Shown here piece by piece: positions 27,246-37,966 of a stretch of 64,000 nt of DNA. The stretch covers positions 2,571-66,570 of the forward strand of contig JASEIC010000001.1 in the NCBI GenBank assembly GCA_030017555.1. Reading direction: 5' to 3'. The DNA is from Patescibacteria group bacterium. GTDB taxonomy: Bacteria > Patescibacteriota > Minisyncoccia > UBA6257 > GWB1-50-10. Below the pieces are notes generated by a model, which worked only from the letters and a program-made list of their open reading frames with translations, had not been told where the DNA came from and ran no database searches. Every line of letters starts with the position of its first letter. Within the stretch, counting starts at the first letter, position 1. The position numbers and the translations under genes are program-made.

Positions 27246-28334
27246 TTACCCTTTAAATTTCAAAATAATGCGTTTTTCCTCAGGTTTTATACCTTCAATT
27301 ACAAATTGATATTCTTTACCCTGAACAATCTGTTTTTTCATTTCTTCAACACTGCCAAATTCAGTAACGCTTAATTGTCCCTGAAGCTCATTGCCTAAAT
27401 CAATAATCGCGCCAAATGGATTAAAACTATAAACCTTTCCTTTTGCTTCTTGACCTTTTTTATAATGCTCGCCGAAAGTGAGCCACGGATCAGAAACGAG
27501 GACCTTAAGAGAAAGCGAAATTTTACCATCTTTAATTTCCGTAATTTTAACTTTTACCACATCATCAACTTTTACTATTTCTTTCGGATTTTCGATTATC
27601 CGGTGACTTAATTCCGAAATATGGATTAAGCCTTCAACCGCGGGATTATCCGTAAACCTTACAAAAACTCCAAAATCAGCAACGCTTGAAACAATACCTT
27701 CCACAATCTGACCTACTGAATAATTTTTGACTAATTCTTTTGTTGAAATTTCAGTTGCCTCTCTTTCAGAAACAATAAGTTTGTTGTTTCTGGGATTTGC
27801 TTCAATTATTTTTACGGTTAATTCCTGGCCAACCAGAAGCTCGAGAGCCTGAGAAAAACCCGTTTTATTATCAACTGCCGTTTTTGGATAATGTTCGGTT
27901 GATAATTGGGAAACCGGCAAAAACGCCTGAAGACCGCTAATAACTCCAGTAAGTCCGCCTTTGTTAAAAGCTAAAAATTTAACTTTAATTGGTTCGTCTT
28001 TTTCTTTTATTTCTTGAACTTCAGCCCAAGCTCTTTGTTTGCCGGCTTCAGAAAGAGAAAGCTCAACAAAACCTTCTTTATTATCAACGGTAATAACTTT
28101 AGCATGAACAATATCGCCGACTTTTAAATTTTTCACGGCTTCCTTGGCATTTTGAACTTCGGCTCGATAAACCGCGCCTGTGCCAAATCTACCCAAATCA
28201 ACCATAAGCATATTGGATCGATTCTCCAAAACTCGTCCTTCCACTAAATCTCCTGTTTTAAAAAGCGAAAAAAGTCCAGGCTCGAATTTAATAAGCTGGG
28301 AAATTAGCGCGTTGTTATTTTTATTACTATTCAT
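27246..28334 (-). CDS. rpsA: 30S ribosomal protein S1 (four S1 domains)
   Basis: GDLVEG, NKGGL..AFLPVSQL, DFGVFV..EGLIHISELS, PFGA repeats. Confidence 0.85.
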   Translation of the reverse strand: MNSNKNNNALISQLIKFEPGLFSLFKTGDLVEGRVLENRSNMLMVDLGRFGTGAVYRAEVQNAKEAVKNLKVGDIVHAKVITVDNKEGFVELSLSEAGKQRAWAEVQEIKEKDEPIKVKFLAFNKGGLTGVISGLQAFLPVSQLSTEHYPKTAVDNKTGFSQALELLVGQELTVKIIEANPRNNKLIVSEREATEISTKELVKNYSVGQIVEGIVSSVADFGVFVRFTDNPAVEGLIHISELSHRIIENPKEIVKVDDVVKVKITEIKDGKISLSLKVLVSDPWLTFGEHYKKGQEAKGKVYSFNPFGAIIDLGNELQGQLSVTEFGSVEEMKKQIVQGKEYQFVIEGIKPEEKRIILKFKG

Positions 28335-28421
28335 ATACGAGCAAGGTTATCACACTAAGCCGTTGAAAATCAAGTAAAAAAATCTTATAATTAACAACAC
28401 CTCATTTCAAACACCCAAAAC

Positions 28422-29018
28422 ATGGTCATTACTTATCAAGGCGACAATTATTTTAAATTTCAATCAGGAGAAACCGCAATTTTAATAGACCCGACAAATC
28501 AACGTTCTTTTAAAGGAGCGGTTTTAGTTGTCAACACCGAAGAACCAAGCGCCGTTACGCCAGATAAAAAAAAAGAGGAAAGAGAACAGGGTTTACCTTT
28601 TTTTATAAATCATCAAGGCGAGTACGAAATTAAAGGCATTCAAGTAAAAGGCGTAAGTATTGGTTATGATGAAAAAGAAAAAAAAGAAAATACTCTTTAT
28701 CAAATAATTTTTGATGAAATAAAAATCGCTTGCTTAGGTCATTTAAAAAACGAACTGAATCCAAAACTTCTGGCTGATTTAGAGGACGCTGACATCATGA
28801 TTTTACCCGGCGGCGGCAAGCCGTTTATAAACGAAGCTCAAGCCGCAAAAATAGCAAGACAAATCGCGCCAAGCATAATAATTCCTTCGCTTTATAAAGA
28901 TGTCAAAAATTTCTTAAAAGAATTTGATAAAACAAAGCTTGAATCGCAAGATAAATTAGTAATCAAAAAGAAAGATTTGAAACCGGAAGCGCTTTCAATA
29001 ATTTGGTTAAAACCATAA
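28422..29018 (+). CDS. MBL-fold (Lactamase_B_3-like) protein with degenerate metal motif
   Basis: MVITYQG..FK, ILIDP, GEYEIKGI, P..IIP; HxHxDH absent. Confidence 0.7.
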   Translation: MVITYQGDNYFKFQSGETAILIDPTNQRSFKGAVLVVNTEEPSAVTPDKKKEEREQGLPFFINHQGEYEIKGIQVKGVSIGYDEKEKKENTLYQIIFDEIKIACLGHLKNELNPKLLADLEDADIMILPGGGKPFINEAQAAKIARQIAPSIIIPSLYKDVKNFLKEFDKTKLESQDKLVIKKKDLKPEALSIIWLKP

Positions 29019-29025
29019 AATAGCA

Positions 29026-29430
29026 ATGGCGTTTTTATTTAATATAAAGAAATATTTGCGTGAATTACAGCGAGCTGATGATCAAAGAAAAAAACATTGG
29101 CTTGTGAGCGTTTCAATGGTATCAATGATTTTAATAATTTTTCTTTGGGCTGTCTTTTTCAATCTGGATCTCAAACCAACAAATCAAGACAAAGAAATAA
29201 CAGCTGCAAACAATCAAAAAGAAAGTTTTTGGCAAACAGTAAATAACGGAATCAAATCCATAAGCAGCGCTTTCAATGGGAAAATCAGTGATATAAGAAA
29301 CAGCATTAACAAAAGCCTTGAATCATTAAAAAAGAAAGCTGAAAAAACCAATGACTTTTCTGTAAATGAGAATGCAATAAATCCGCCAATATCAAATTTT
29401 ACGCCGTTACCATCGACGCCACTTCCCTAA
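29026..29430 (+). CDS. Hypothetical single-pass membrane protein
   Basis: 134 aa with one TM; co-oriented upstream of gyrA. Confidence 0.6.
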   Translation: MAFLFNIKKYLRELQRADDQRKKHWLVSVSMVSMILIIFLWAVFFNLDLKPTNQDKEITAANNQKESFWQTVNNGIKSISSAFNGKISDIRNSINKSLESLKKKAEKTNDFSVNENAINPPISNFTPLPSTPLP

Positions 29431-29436
29431 AAAAAT

Positions 29437-31923
29437 ATGACTAAACCGGAAAAAACAACACAAAATTCAAATCACGGGAAAATCGAACAAAAAGAAATAA
29501 CCGACGAACTCCGCGAATCTTATCTTGATTATGCGATGTCAGTTATTATTTCACGCGCCTTACCCGATATTCGTGATGGCTTAAAACCGGTTCAACGCCG
29601 AATTTTATGGTCAATGTGGGATGATAACATAACTCATAGCGCGAGATTTAGAAAATCAGCCAACATTGTCGGTTCAGTTCTTGGCCGCTATCATCCCCAC
29701 GGCGATATTCCAGTCTACGACGCTATGGCCCGCTTAGCTCAAGAATTCTCTCTTCGCTATCCATTAATTGATGGCCAAGGCAACTGGGGATCAATTGACG
29801 GCGACCCGCCAGCCGCTATGCGTTATACCGAAGCTCGACTTTCAAAAATAGCCGAGGAGGTTTTAATTGATATAGAAAAGGAAACCGTTGATTGGCAACC
29901 AAACTACGACGGCACTCGCAATGAACCAAAATTTTTGCCAGCCAAATTACCCAGTCTCCTTTTAAACGGGACGGTTGGCATTGCCGTTGGTATGGCAACG
30001 TCCATTCCGCCGCATAATCTTGTTGAAGTTGTGAATGCATTAACATATTTAATTAAAAATCCCGATGCGACCACTGAAGATTTAATGAAATTTCTGCCCG
30101 GACCGGACTTCCCGACCGGCGGCATAATTTACGGCATAAAATCCTTGGAAGAAGCCTATACGACCGGACGCGGTTCAGTTACTATTCGCGGCGTAGCCGA
30201 AATAGAAGAAGGAAAACGAGGTTCCAATCAAATTATATTCACAGAAATTCCTTACCAAGTGAATAAAGCTAACTTGGTTTCAAAAATCGCCGAACTAGCG
30301 CAAGAAAAAAAAATTGAGGGTATTCGCGATTTGCGAGATGAATCCGATCGTACGGGCTTGCGTATTGTAATTGAATTGAAATCAGACTGCATTCCTCAAA
30401 AAGTATTAAATCAGCTTTATGAATACACCGAACTTCAAAAAAACTTTTATTTCAACGTATTAGCTTTAGTGGGCGGCATTCAACCTCAAGTTCTTTCATT
30501 AAAAGAAGTTCTTTCTCAATACCTTGACCACCGAACAAAAATTATCCGCCGTCGAACCGAATTTGATTTAAAACACGCGGAGGAACGAGCTCATATATTA
30601 GAAGGTTTGGCAAAAGCGCTTAGCGTTATTGATAAAATAATCTCCACTATCAAAAAGTCCCGTGATCGCGAGGAAGCGAAAAAGAATCTTATTAAAAATT
30701 TCAAATTCTCCGAAGCCCAAACAATTGCCATTTTAGAAATGAAACTTCAAACTCTCGCGGCGCTTGAACGAGAAAAAATCGAGGATGAATTAAAAGAAAA
30801 GAAAAAACTAATTACCGAGCTAACTCTTATTTTGAAAAATCCAAAGAAAATTTCCGGCATTATTTCTCAAGAAATAAATGGATTAAAATCCAATTTTCCC
30901 TCTCCTCGCAAAACTAAAATTATCGCGGCGGACTTAAAAGAATTCCGAGAAGAAGACCTTATCCCCGACGAAGAAGCAATAATTACTCTAACCGAAGACG
31001 GATATATCAAACGGATGCCGCCGACCGCTTTCAAAGCGCAACGTCGGGGCGGCAAAGGATTAATCGGTTTTGAGCTAAAAGAAGAAGATCAAATCCATCA
31101 ACTAATTGCGGTTGATACTCATGATAATATTCTATTTTTCACTGACCGCGGTCGGACATTCCAAACCAAAACTTATGAAATTCCCGCTGCCAGTCGGACA
31201 TCAAAAGGCAAATCAATTCACAATTTTTTAACTATCCCGCCTCAAGAAAAAATAAGCGCAATTGTAAGTTATTCAGAAAAAGAAGCTGAAAGTTCGGGTA
31301 AAGAACAGAAATTCCTTGTTATGGCCACAAAAAAAGGACTGGTTAAGAAAACGCCGCTTAAAGATTTTAGCAATGTGAGAAAAACAGGAATTATCGCGAT
31401 TAACCTAAAATCCGATGATCTTTTAAGATGGGTAAAGCTTTCTTCGGGTGACGACCAAATTATTATTGTTTCACGGTTTGGCCAATCAATTCGCTTTAAA
31501 GAAAAGGACGTTCGCGGAATGAGCCGAACCGCGGCCGGCACTAAAGGAATTCGCATAAAAAAAGATGATTGTGTTTCCGGACTTGATATAATAAAGAAAG
31601 AACAGGCTGAAAATCAAAAAGACCTGCGTTTGCTTGTAATCATGACGCGCGGTTTTGCCAAACAAACGCCCCTTAAAGAATATAAAATCCAGCATCGAGG
31701 CGGCGGCGGCATAAAAACCGCAAAGGTTACTGAAAAAACCGGACCAGTCATTGCCGCTCATGTTATCTCTAAAGAAAACGAAGAAGTTCTTGCTTTTTCA
31801 TTAAAAGGCCAAGCTCTCCGAACTAAGTTAAATAATATTCGCCTCGCGGGCAGAGCCACTCAAGGAGTAAAAATAATGAATTTGGAAAAAGATGACGCGT
31901 TAATCGGCGTTATTTGCTTTTAA
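29437..31923 (+). CDS. gyrA: DNA gyrase subunit A
   Basis: [34 protein letters not shown], GyrA-box QRRGGKG. Confidence 0.97.
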   Translation: MTKPEKTTQNSNHGKIEQKEITDELRESYLDYAMSVIISRALPDIRDGLKPVQRRILWSMWDDNITHSARFRKSANIVGSVLGRYHPHGDIPVYDAMARLAQEFSLRYPLIDGQGNWGSIDGDPPAAMRYTEARLSKIAEEVLIDIEKETVDWQPNYDGTRNEPKFLPAKLPSLLLNGTVGIAVGMATSIPPHNLVEVVNALTYLIKNPDATTEDLMKFLPGPDFPTGGIIYGIKSLEEAYTTGRGSVTIRGVAEIEEGKRGSNQIIFTEIPYQVNKANLVSKIAELAQEKKIEGIRDLRDESDRTGLRIVIELKSDCIPQKVLNQLYEYTELQKNFYFNVLALVGGIQPQVLSLKEVLSQYLDHRTKIIRRRTEFDLKHAEERAHILEGLAKALSVIDKIISTIKKSRDREEAKKNLIKNFKFSEAQTIAILEMKLQTLAALEREKIEDELKEKKKLITELTLILKNPKKISGIISQEINGLKSNFPSPRKTKIIAADLKEFREEDLIPDEEAIITLTEDGYIKRMPPTAFKAQRRGGKGLIGFELKEEDQIHQLIAVDTHDNILFFTDRGRTFQTKTYEIPAASRTSKGKSIHNFLTIPPQEKISAIVSYSEKEAESSGKEQKFLVMATKKGLVKKTPLKDFSNVRKTGIIAINLKSDDLLRWVKLSSGDDQIIIVSRFGQSIRFKEKDVRGMSRTAAGTKGIRIKKDDCVSGLDIIKKEQAENQKDLRLLVIMTRGFAKQTPLKEYKIQHRGGGGIKTAKVTEKTGPVIAAHVISKENEEVLAFSLKGQALRTKLNNIRLAGRATQGVKIMNLEKDDALIGVICF

Positions 31924-31926
31924 AAA

Positions 31927-33246
31927 ATGACATTTAATAAAAATCAAATCATAGTTATTGCCTCGGTTTTCGGCGCAGTTTTAATTCTTATTTTAATTTT
32001 CACCGGTATTATTCCCGGCCTTAAGCCTAAACCGGAAGTAGTCGAACAATATGAAGCGACTCTTGAGTTCTGGGGAGTTTTTGATACGCCCGAATCTTAT
32101 CGGGCCGGTTTTCAAAATTTTGGAACTATTTACCCTAAAGTCACCATAAATTATCGCGGTTTTTCTGATCCGGAAAATTATGAACGGAATATAATTGAAG
32201 CTCTTGCCGAAGGGCGAGGACCCGATATTTTTATGATCAGGAACACAAGTCTTTTAAATTATTTGGGCAAAACAACGCCGATTCCAAATCAAAAATTCAA
32301 TATTTTCCAATTACGCCGACTTTTCCCGGAAATTGTTGAACAAGATTTTTCAAACCAAGAAAATATTTTTGCTTTACCGGCTTCAATCGATACCTTGGCT
32401 TTAATTTATAATCGCGATCTTTTTAATCAAGCGGGTATTGTTTATCCGCCAGCGACTTGGGAAGCTTTTAAAGATTTGATTCCTAAACTTGTTAAACGCG
32501 AATCAGCCACAAAAATCGTTCGCGCGGCCGCGGCGATTGGAGGTTCCAATAAAACAATAAGCCGAGCAGCCGATTTATTGTCGCTTCTTATGCTTCAAAC
32601 AGGCACAAAAATGGTAAATGAAAATTTAAGCGGCTCCGAGATTGCTTCGCAACAAGCGATAAACGCCCTGGAGTTCTATACCCAATTTTCTGATGCCGCC
32701 AAAGAAAGCTATACCTGGAACGATACTATGCCTAAAGATTTGGATTTTTTTAGCGCGGAAAAAACAGCAATGATTTTTAATTATTCAAAATCCATTCCTG
32801 AAATCCAAAATAAAAACGCTTTTTTAAATCTTGCGGTCGCTCCATTACCTCAGCCAAAAGCCGCCCAAAAACCGATTACTTTTGCCAATTACTGGGGGTA
32901 TGTTGTTTCGCGTCAATCCCGTTTTAATAATGTCGCTTGGGATTTTATTCTTAAACTTACAACCGACGAAGGAAACGCGAAAAGTTACATTGATTCAGCG
33001 AAAAAACCGCCGGCTCTTCTTTCGCTTATTAACCAAGCTGTAAATGACGAGTCAAAACCAAATGAAGCGGTTTTTGCAAAACAAACTCTTATTGCCAAAT
33101 CCTGGCCGGAAACCGAACCGCTCACAATTCAAAAAATTTTTTCTAATGCGATTTCTTCAGTTATAACCGGACAAAAAAGCGTCAAAGGCGCTTTAGAAGA
33201 AGCTAATAATTTAGTATCGCAAATTTTATCAAGGCGAACGCAATAA
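31927..33246 (+). CDS. Membrane-anchored extracellular solute-binding protein (sugar-type, family 1)
   Basis: LEFWG, GPDIF, ALP..DTLALIYNRDLF..PATW, AWDF. Confidence 0.85.
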   Translation: MTFNKNQIIVIASVFGAVLILILIFTGIIPGLKPKPEVVEQYEATLEFWGVFDTPESYRAGFQNFGTIYPKVTINYRGFSDPENYERNIIEALAEGRGPDIFMIRNTSLLNYLGKTTPIPNQKFNIFQLRRLFPEIVEQDFSNQENIFALPASIDTLALIYNRDLFNQAGIVYPPATWEAFKDLIPKLVKRESATKIVRAAAAIGGSNKTISRAADLLSLLMLQTGTKMVNENLSGSEIASQQAINALEFYTQFSDAAKESYTWNDTMPKDLDFFSAEKTAMIFNYSKSIPEIQNKNAFLNLAVAPLPQPKAAQKPITFANYWGYVVSRQSRFNNVAWDFILKLTTDEGNAKSYIDSAKKPPALLSLINQAVNDESKPNEAVFAKQTLIAKSWPETEPLTIQKIFSNAISSVITGQKSVKGALEEANNLVSQILSRRTQ

Positions 33247-33284
33247 AACTTGCAAGATATTTATTAAAATTTATAATTAAATCA

Positions 33285-33701
33285 ATGAAACCTTTTTTAG
33301 CAGCGCTTTTTATTATTCTTATTGCTTTCTCTTTTTTGCCCATAATTACTCATGGCGCAGAGGGCACGGGGATTTGGGCAAGCACCACCTGCGCTGCCAC
33401 TAGCAATACTGGCGGACCAAACAAGCCTTGTTCGTTTTGCGATGCTCTTATTGTTACAAAAAATATTATTGATTTTCTTTTTAAAGTCGCTATTCCGTTA
33501 GCGGTTGCTATTGCTGTTTATGGCGCGGTTATGATGATGCTTGCGGCGGGCTCAGAAGAAAGAGTAAGAAAATCAAAACAAATCATTACCAGAGCTTTTA
33601 TCGGGCTTGCAATCGCGCTATCGGCTTGGGTTATTATAAATACTTTTCTTCATATATTAACCGGCCAGCCAGATTTCCCGTGGGCAACCATAACGTGTTA
33701 A
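33285..33701 (+). CDS. T4SS-type (VirB2/TrbC-like) pilin 1
   Basis: Signal peptide; C..C..C; TM-GSEERVRKSKQII-TM-W..INT pilin pattern. Confidence 0.75.
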   Translation: MKPFLAALFIILIAFSFLPIITHGAEGTGIWASTTCAATSNTGGPNKPCSFCDALIVTKNIIDFLFKVAIPLAVAIAVYGAVMMMLAAGSEERVRKSKQIITRAFIGLAIALSAWVIINTFLHILTGQPDFPWATITC

Positions 33702-33716
33702 AATCAAAAAAATAAT

Positions 33717-34058
33717 ATGAAAAAAATAAACATTGCGCTTATTATATTAATTGGTTGGCTGATTAATTTGATTTCTTTTAAAAACGTTTCTGCGACAACC
33801 ACGATTGAGTTGCCAAATCCAATAAATGCCACAAGCACTATTGCGATTTTAAATTCTATTTTAGCCGTATTACAAACTTTTGCGCATCTAATTGTTGTTA
33901 TTATGGTTTTGATTGGCGCTTTTCAGATACTTTTCGCGGCCGGCGATCCGGAAAAATTCAGCAAAGGCAAAAAAACAATATTGTATTCTGTTATAGGATA
34001 TGCTATAGTATTAGTTGCTGGCGGAATAACCAGCTTCATCGCTGATTTTCTACAGTAA
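33717..34058 (+). CDS. T4SS-type (VirB2/TrbC-like) pilin 2
   Basis: LPNPI; GAFQILFAAGDPEKFSKGKKTILYSVIG. Confidence 0.8.
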   Translation: MKKINIALIILIGWLINLISFKNVSATTTIELPNPINATSTIAILNSILAVLQTFAHLIVVIMVLIGAFQILFAAGDPEKFSKGKKTILYSVIGYAIVLVAGGITSFIADFLQ

Positions 34059-34146
34059 TTTTGCTATAATTAAATCGGCGATCAAAAAGTCATAAAAAGG
34101 TCGAAATCTGGATTTATTTCCTAAACATGAAATTACTAAAAAAAAT

Positions 34147-34509
34147 ATGAAATCAATAATCAAATTCACGGCAATTGTCGGGATAGCAATAATTATGGCC
34201 TTACCACTTATCACCTCGGCCAGAGCAGCCGGACCATTAACACCACCTGTTACTTATGTCCCACCAATTACTAGCATCACGGAAGTAAAAGGCCTTTTAG
34301 ACCGGCTCATTAATTGGTTACAATACATATTCTTCGCTTTAACCGCTTTTTTCCTTATCGGAGCCGCATTCTTATACCTTACTGCTGCTGGCGATGAAGA
34401 TAAAGTAAAGAAAGCGAAACAAATGATTATTTACGCTGTTATTGCAATGGTGATTGCGCTTTTAGCAACAGCGGTTAACACGATTGTCATTACTTTATTA
34501 CAAAGATAG
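34147..34509 (+). CDS. T4SS-type (VirB2/TrbC-like) pilin 3
   Basis: YLTAAGDEDKVKKAKQMIIYAVIA. Confidence 0.8.
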   Translation: MKSIIKFTAIVGIAIIMALPLITSARAAGPLTPPVTYVPPITSITEVKGLLDRLINWLQYIFFALTAFFLIGAAFLYLTAAGDEDKVKKAKQMIIYAVIAMVIALLATAVNTIVITLLQR

Positions 34510-34554
34510 CAGTAACGGCTGATAAAGGATTTCTCACGAAATTTCTAAAAACAC

Positions 34555-34590
34555 AACCCCCGTCTCTTTCAAAAGGATTTGACGGGGTTT
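34555..34590 (+). terminator. Terminator after the pilin cluster
   Basis: ccccgtc..gacgggg followed by a T-rich tail. Confidence 0.55.
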
Positions 34591-34653
34591 GTTTTATTTT
34601 TAATTTGCCGTCTAAGCTGGAACCGATTTATAATAAATCAAACAAACCGAAAA

Positions 34654-36006
34654 ATGGAGAAAAAACTTCATCTTTTTCTTTTTCTGCTTATCCTTGCTTT
34701 TAACATTCTTTTTCACGTTTTTAATATCGCTTATCCGGCAAAACCAGTTTTTGATGAAGCCCATTTCGCGACTTATGCCGCCCGTTATGCTACTCATCAA
34801 CCGGTCTTTGACATTCATCCGCCTTTGGGCAAACTTTTTTACGCCCTTCCTTTAATTTTTAATCCGGAAAAAGCAAATATTTCTGATGCGAATTTTATTG
34901 AAATGAAAAAAAATCAAAAAACCGGTATTTTTGAAACAACAACTCCTAAAAAAGAATATAGCAACTTTCCTTATGTTCCCTTACGCTTGGTAAATGTTTT
35001 TTTTGGCATCTTGCTTTCAATTTCTGTATTTGCTTTTTTAAAAGCTCTTACGAAAAACAATTTAATTGCTTTATTGGGCATGTTTTTAACTGTTTTTGAC
35101 AACGCCCTGCTTCTTGAGGGCCGTTTAATTCTTTTAAATATAATGTATTTGTCTTTTGGCTTTTTCTCGCTTGCGCTTTTTTTCAAACAAAAATCCTCGC
35201 CGATTTTAGCCGGAATTATTTGGGGGTTTGCTTTAAGCGTGAAATTAATTTCAATAGTTTTTTTGGGCCCGGTTATTACTTTAATTATCCTTTCCAAAAA
35301 TCAGGAAAAATTTAACGCTATAAAAAAATTTGTTATTTTTCTTTTTATTGGGTTCTTTGTCCTTGCCATTGCTCTACTTTTTATAAATCCGATTATTTTC
35401 GGAGCAAACAACAGCCTAAACTTCTATAAAACTCTAATAAGCGATTTAAATCCCGATGCTCAAATAATAAAAAATCCGTTTTTCTCGTTTTTAAATCCTA
35501 TCGCCTCCAACATAAAAGTGGCGGCTATTGAGTTTTATGTAATGCTTTCGGGCTACACCACCGGCGCGTCGCCCCATCCATCTCAAAGCCATTGGTACGC
35601 GTGGCCTATTATGCAAAAAACCATTCCATATTTTATAGAATCGACAAATGAAACAACCAAAACAATCAGCCTTATTGGAAATCCTGTAATTTGGGCTTTG
35701 GGTTTGTTGTCAATATTATTTTTTATTTTCAGAAAACATAAAATTTTTGAAGGTCTTGAAAAAGAAACATGGATAATTTTCATCGGTTATCTCGCTTCAC
35801 TCTTGCCTTATATTTTCATATCCCGCCCGGCCTTTCTTTATCACTACTTCCCCGCTCTTATTTTTTCAATTTGTCTTGCTTCAATTTTTATTGCTAAAAA
35901 AAATAGAAAAGATGAATTAAAAATAAACAAGGTTTTGTTAATAAGTTTAATAACAATTATTATAACAGGATTTATAATAATCTTACCCCGTACGTACGGT
36001 TTCTAA
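34654..36006 (+). CDS. Protein O-mannosyltransferase-like GT-C (PMT/GT39)
   Basis: PVFDEAHF, FDIHPPLGK, HPSQSHWYAWP, GNPVIW, FLYHYFP; probable start MEKKL. Confidence 0.85.
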   Translation: MEKKLHLFLFLLILAFNILFHVFNIAYPAKPVFDEAHFATYAARYATHQPVFDIHPPLGKLFYALPLIFNPEKANISDANFIEMKKNQKTGIFETTTPKKEYSNFPYVPLRLVNVFFGILLSISVFAFLKALTKNNLIALLGMFLTVFDNALLLEGRLILLNIMYLSFGFFSLALFFKQKSSPILAGIIWGFALSVKLISIVFLGPVITLIILSKNQEKFNAIKKFVIFLFIGFFVLAIALLFINPIIFGANNSLNFYKTLISDLNPDAQIIKNPFFSFLNPIASNIKVAAIEFYVMLSGYTTGASPHPSQSHWYAWPIMQKTIPYFIESTNETTKTISLIGNPVIWALGLLSILFFIFRKHKIFEGLEKETWIIFIGYLASLLPYIFISRPAFLYHYFPALIFSICLASIFIAKKNRKDELKINKVLLISLITIIITGFIIILPRTYGF

Positions 36007-36014
36007 TTTTTAAA

Positions 36015-37238
36015 ATGCATTTATTGTTCCAAAATTTAAAAAAATACATTGATCCTATAATTTTGATATCCTGTTTTTCTAACTTAGGAATCATTTTAAT
36101 AACCTTCAATATCATAACAAATACCGCTGAACATTTTTCTTACTTGGCTGAAAGTTTTATAAGTGGCGTTACTTATTTTCTTAAAATGCCGGCAATGAGC
36201 TGGGGTGATACAACGCTTTTCAATAATCACTATTATTGGCCTCTTGGTCCTTTTCCGGCCGTACTTCTCATTCCATTCGTATGGATATTTAAACAATTCA
36301 ACGTATTTTTCCACCAAGGTTATCTTCAATTGCCAATAGTAATAGGAATAGGATATCTTTTTTTTGCTGTTGCCAAACGATTAAAAATAAATAACCGCGA
36401 TTCGCTCTACGCAACTCTCGCATTCATTTCATCATCCTTCTTTATGTTGGCTATTCAGCCTTCCGGTTGGATATTTTCTCAAATAATAGTTATTTTCTTT
36501 ATATTTCTTGCCCTTCTTGAATATTTAACCCGCAAACGGTATCTAATTATCGGATTTTTAATGGGGTGTGTACTTGCCACTCGAATTACTGCCGGACTTG
36601 GCATTTTATTTTTTGTGCTTGATATTATATTTTCTCAAGAATCAAAAAAAATAAAATATCAAAATCTCATAAATCTTGCTGCACCGTTTATGATTATAAT
36701 TATATTACTTGGTTTTTATAATTACCTAAGATTCGAAAATTTTTTAGATTCCGGATATAAACATCAAATCCTTACAAATCCCGCTCTTATAAAAGCGCGG
36801 GATTACGGACTTTTTAGCATTCATCACCTTGCTTCAAATCTTTATTATTTTCTTTTAGCCGGCCCGATTCCGGTCTTTAAAGACAGCATTTCCCGCGTCC
36901 TTGCTTTTCCGTTTATAAAACCCGATCCATGGGGCATGAGTATATTTATAACATCACCATATCTACTTTATATGTTCTGCTTAAAATACAAAGACGGGCT
37001 TTCTAAAATTATTTTAATTACTGCCACGATTATTGCTTTACCAATATTTCTTTATTATGGCATCGGTTGGATACAATTTGGTTACCGTTACGCATTTGAT
37101 TTTTTGCCGTTTATATTTCTTCTCTTTATAAAAAATTACAATGATCGTTACCATAATTTCTCAAAACTTTTAAAAATTATCATAGTTTTCTCGCTCTTCT
37201 TCAACCTGTTTTTAATATTTACGGGCTTCTTAAAATAA
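36015..37238 (+). CDS. Polytopic membrane protein, putative GT-C glycosyltransferase
   Basis: Multi-TM; YYWPLGPFPA, YNYLRF, QFGYRYAFDFLP. Confidence 0.6.
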   Translation: MHLLFQNLKKYIDPIILISCFSNLGIILITFNIITNTAEHFSYLAESFISGVTYFLKMPAMSWGDTTLFNNHYYWPLGPFPAVLLIPFVWIFKQFNVFFHQGYLQLPIVIGIGYLFFAVAKRLKINNRDSLYATLAFISSSFFMLAIQPSGWIFSQIIVIFFIFLALLEYLTRKRYLIIGFLMGCVLATRITAGLGILFFVLDIIFSQESKKIKYQNLINLAAPFMIIIILLGFYNYLRFENFLDSGYKHQILTNPALIKARDYGLFSIHHLASNLYYFLLAGPIPVFKDSISRVLAFPFIKPDPWGMSIFITSPYLLYMFCLKYKDGLSKIILITATIIALPIFLYYGIGWIQFGYRYAFDFLPFIFLLFIKNYNDRYHNFSKLLKIIIVFSLFFNLFLIFTGFLK

Positions 37239-37256
37239 AAACCAATCAAATATCAT

Positions 37257-37964
37257 ATGGATAAAATTATTATTATCATGCCTGCCTATAATGCGGAACA
37301 AACGCTTAACAGAACTTATCAAGAATTGCCAAAAATATATTCCGAAATAATCCTATGCGACGATGGCAGTAAAGACAAAACCGTTGAAATAAGCCGTACT
37401 TTGAACATCACGACCCTCTTTCATAAAGAAAATAAGGGGTACGGCGCAAACCAAAAAACGCTTTATAACTCGACAATGCAAAAAAATCCAGAAATCATTG
37501 TTATGGTTCACCCAGACAATCAATATGATACAAACTCTATTCCTCTCATGGTGGAAATAATCCGAAGCGGAAAAGCAGATATGGTATTAGGATCAAGGAT
37601 AAAAACAGCTCTTCAAAACGGAATGCCGTATTGGAAATATATTAGTAATAGATTTTTATCTTTTATGCAAAACTTAATATTTAAAACTAATTTATCAGAA
37701 TTTCATTCTGGGCTACGAGCATATAAGGCTTCGATTTTTTTAAAAATGCCTTATCAAAAATTTAAGGACGATTTTACATTTGATAGTGAAATTATTGCTT
37801 GGCTTATTGCGCACAAAATGACGATTAAAGAGATTGATACACAATGTTTTTATACAAAGGAATCGATCTCAAAAACAAATCTTAGACAAAGCATCAATTA
37901 CGGCATCGGCACTCTAAAAACTCTTATAAAATATTTGTTTGGTTATTACAAAAATTTAAAATAA
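37257..37964 (+). CDS. GT2 glycosyltransferase (polyprenol-phosphate sugar synthase-like)
   Basis: MPAYNAE, DDGSKD, GYGANQK, HPDNQY, GSR, EFHSGLRAY. Confidence 0.9.
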   Translation: MDKIIIIMPAYNAEQTLNRTYQELPKIYSEIILCDDGSKDKTVEISRTLNITTLFHKENKGYGANQKTLYNSTMQKNPEIIVMVHPDNQYDTNSIPLMVEIIRSGKADMVLGSRIKTALQNGMPYWKYISNRFLSFMQNLIFKTNLSEFHSGLRAYKASIFLKMPYQKFKDDFTFDSEIIAWLIAHKMTIKEIDTQCFYTKESISKTNLRQSINYGIGTLKTLIKYLFGYYKNLK

Positions 37965-37966
37965 CC

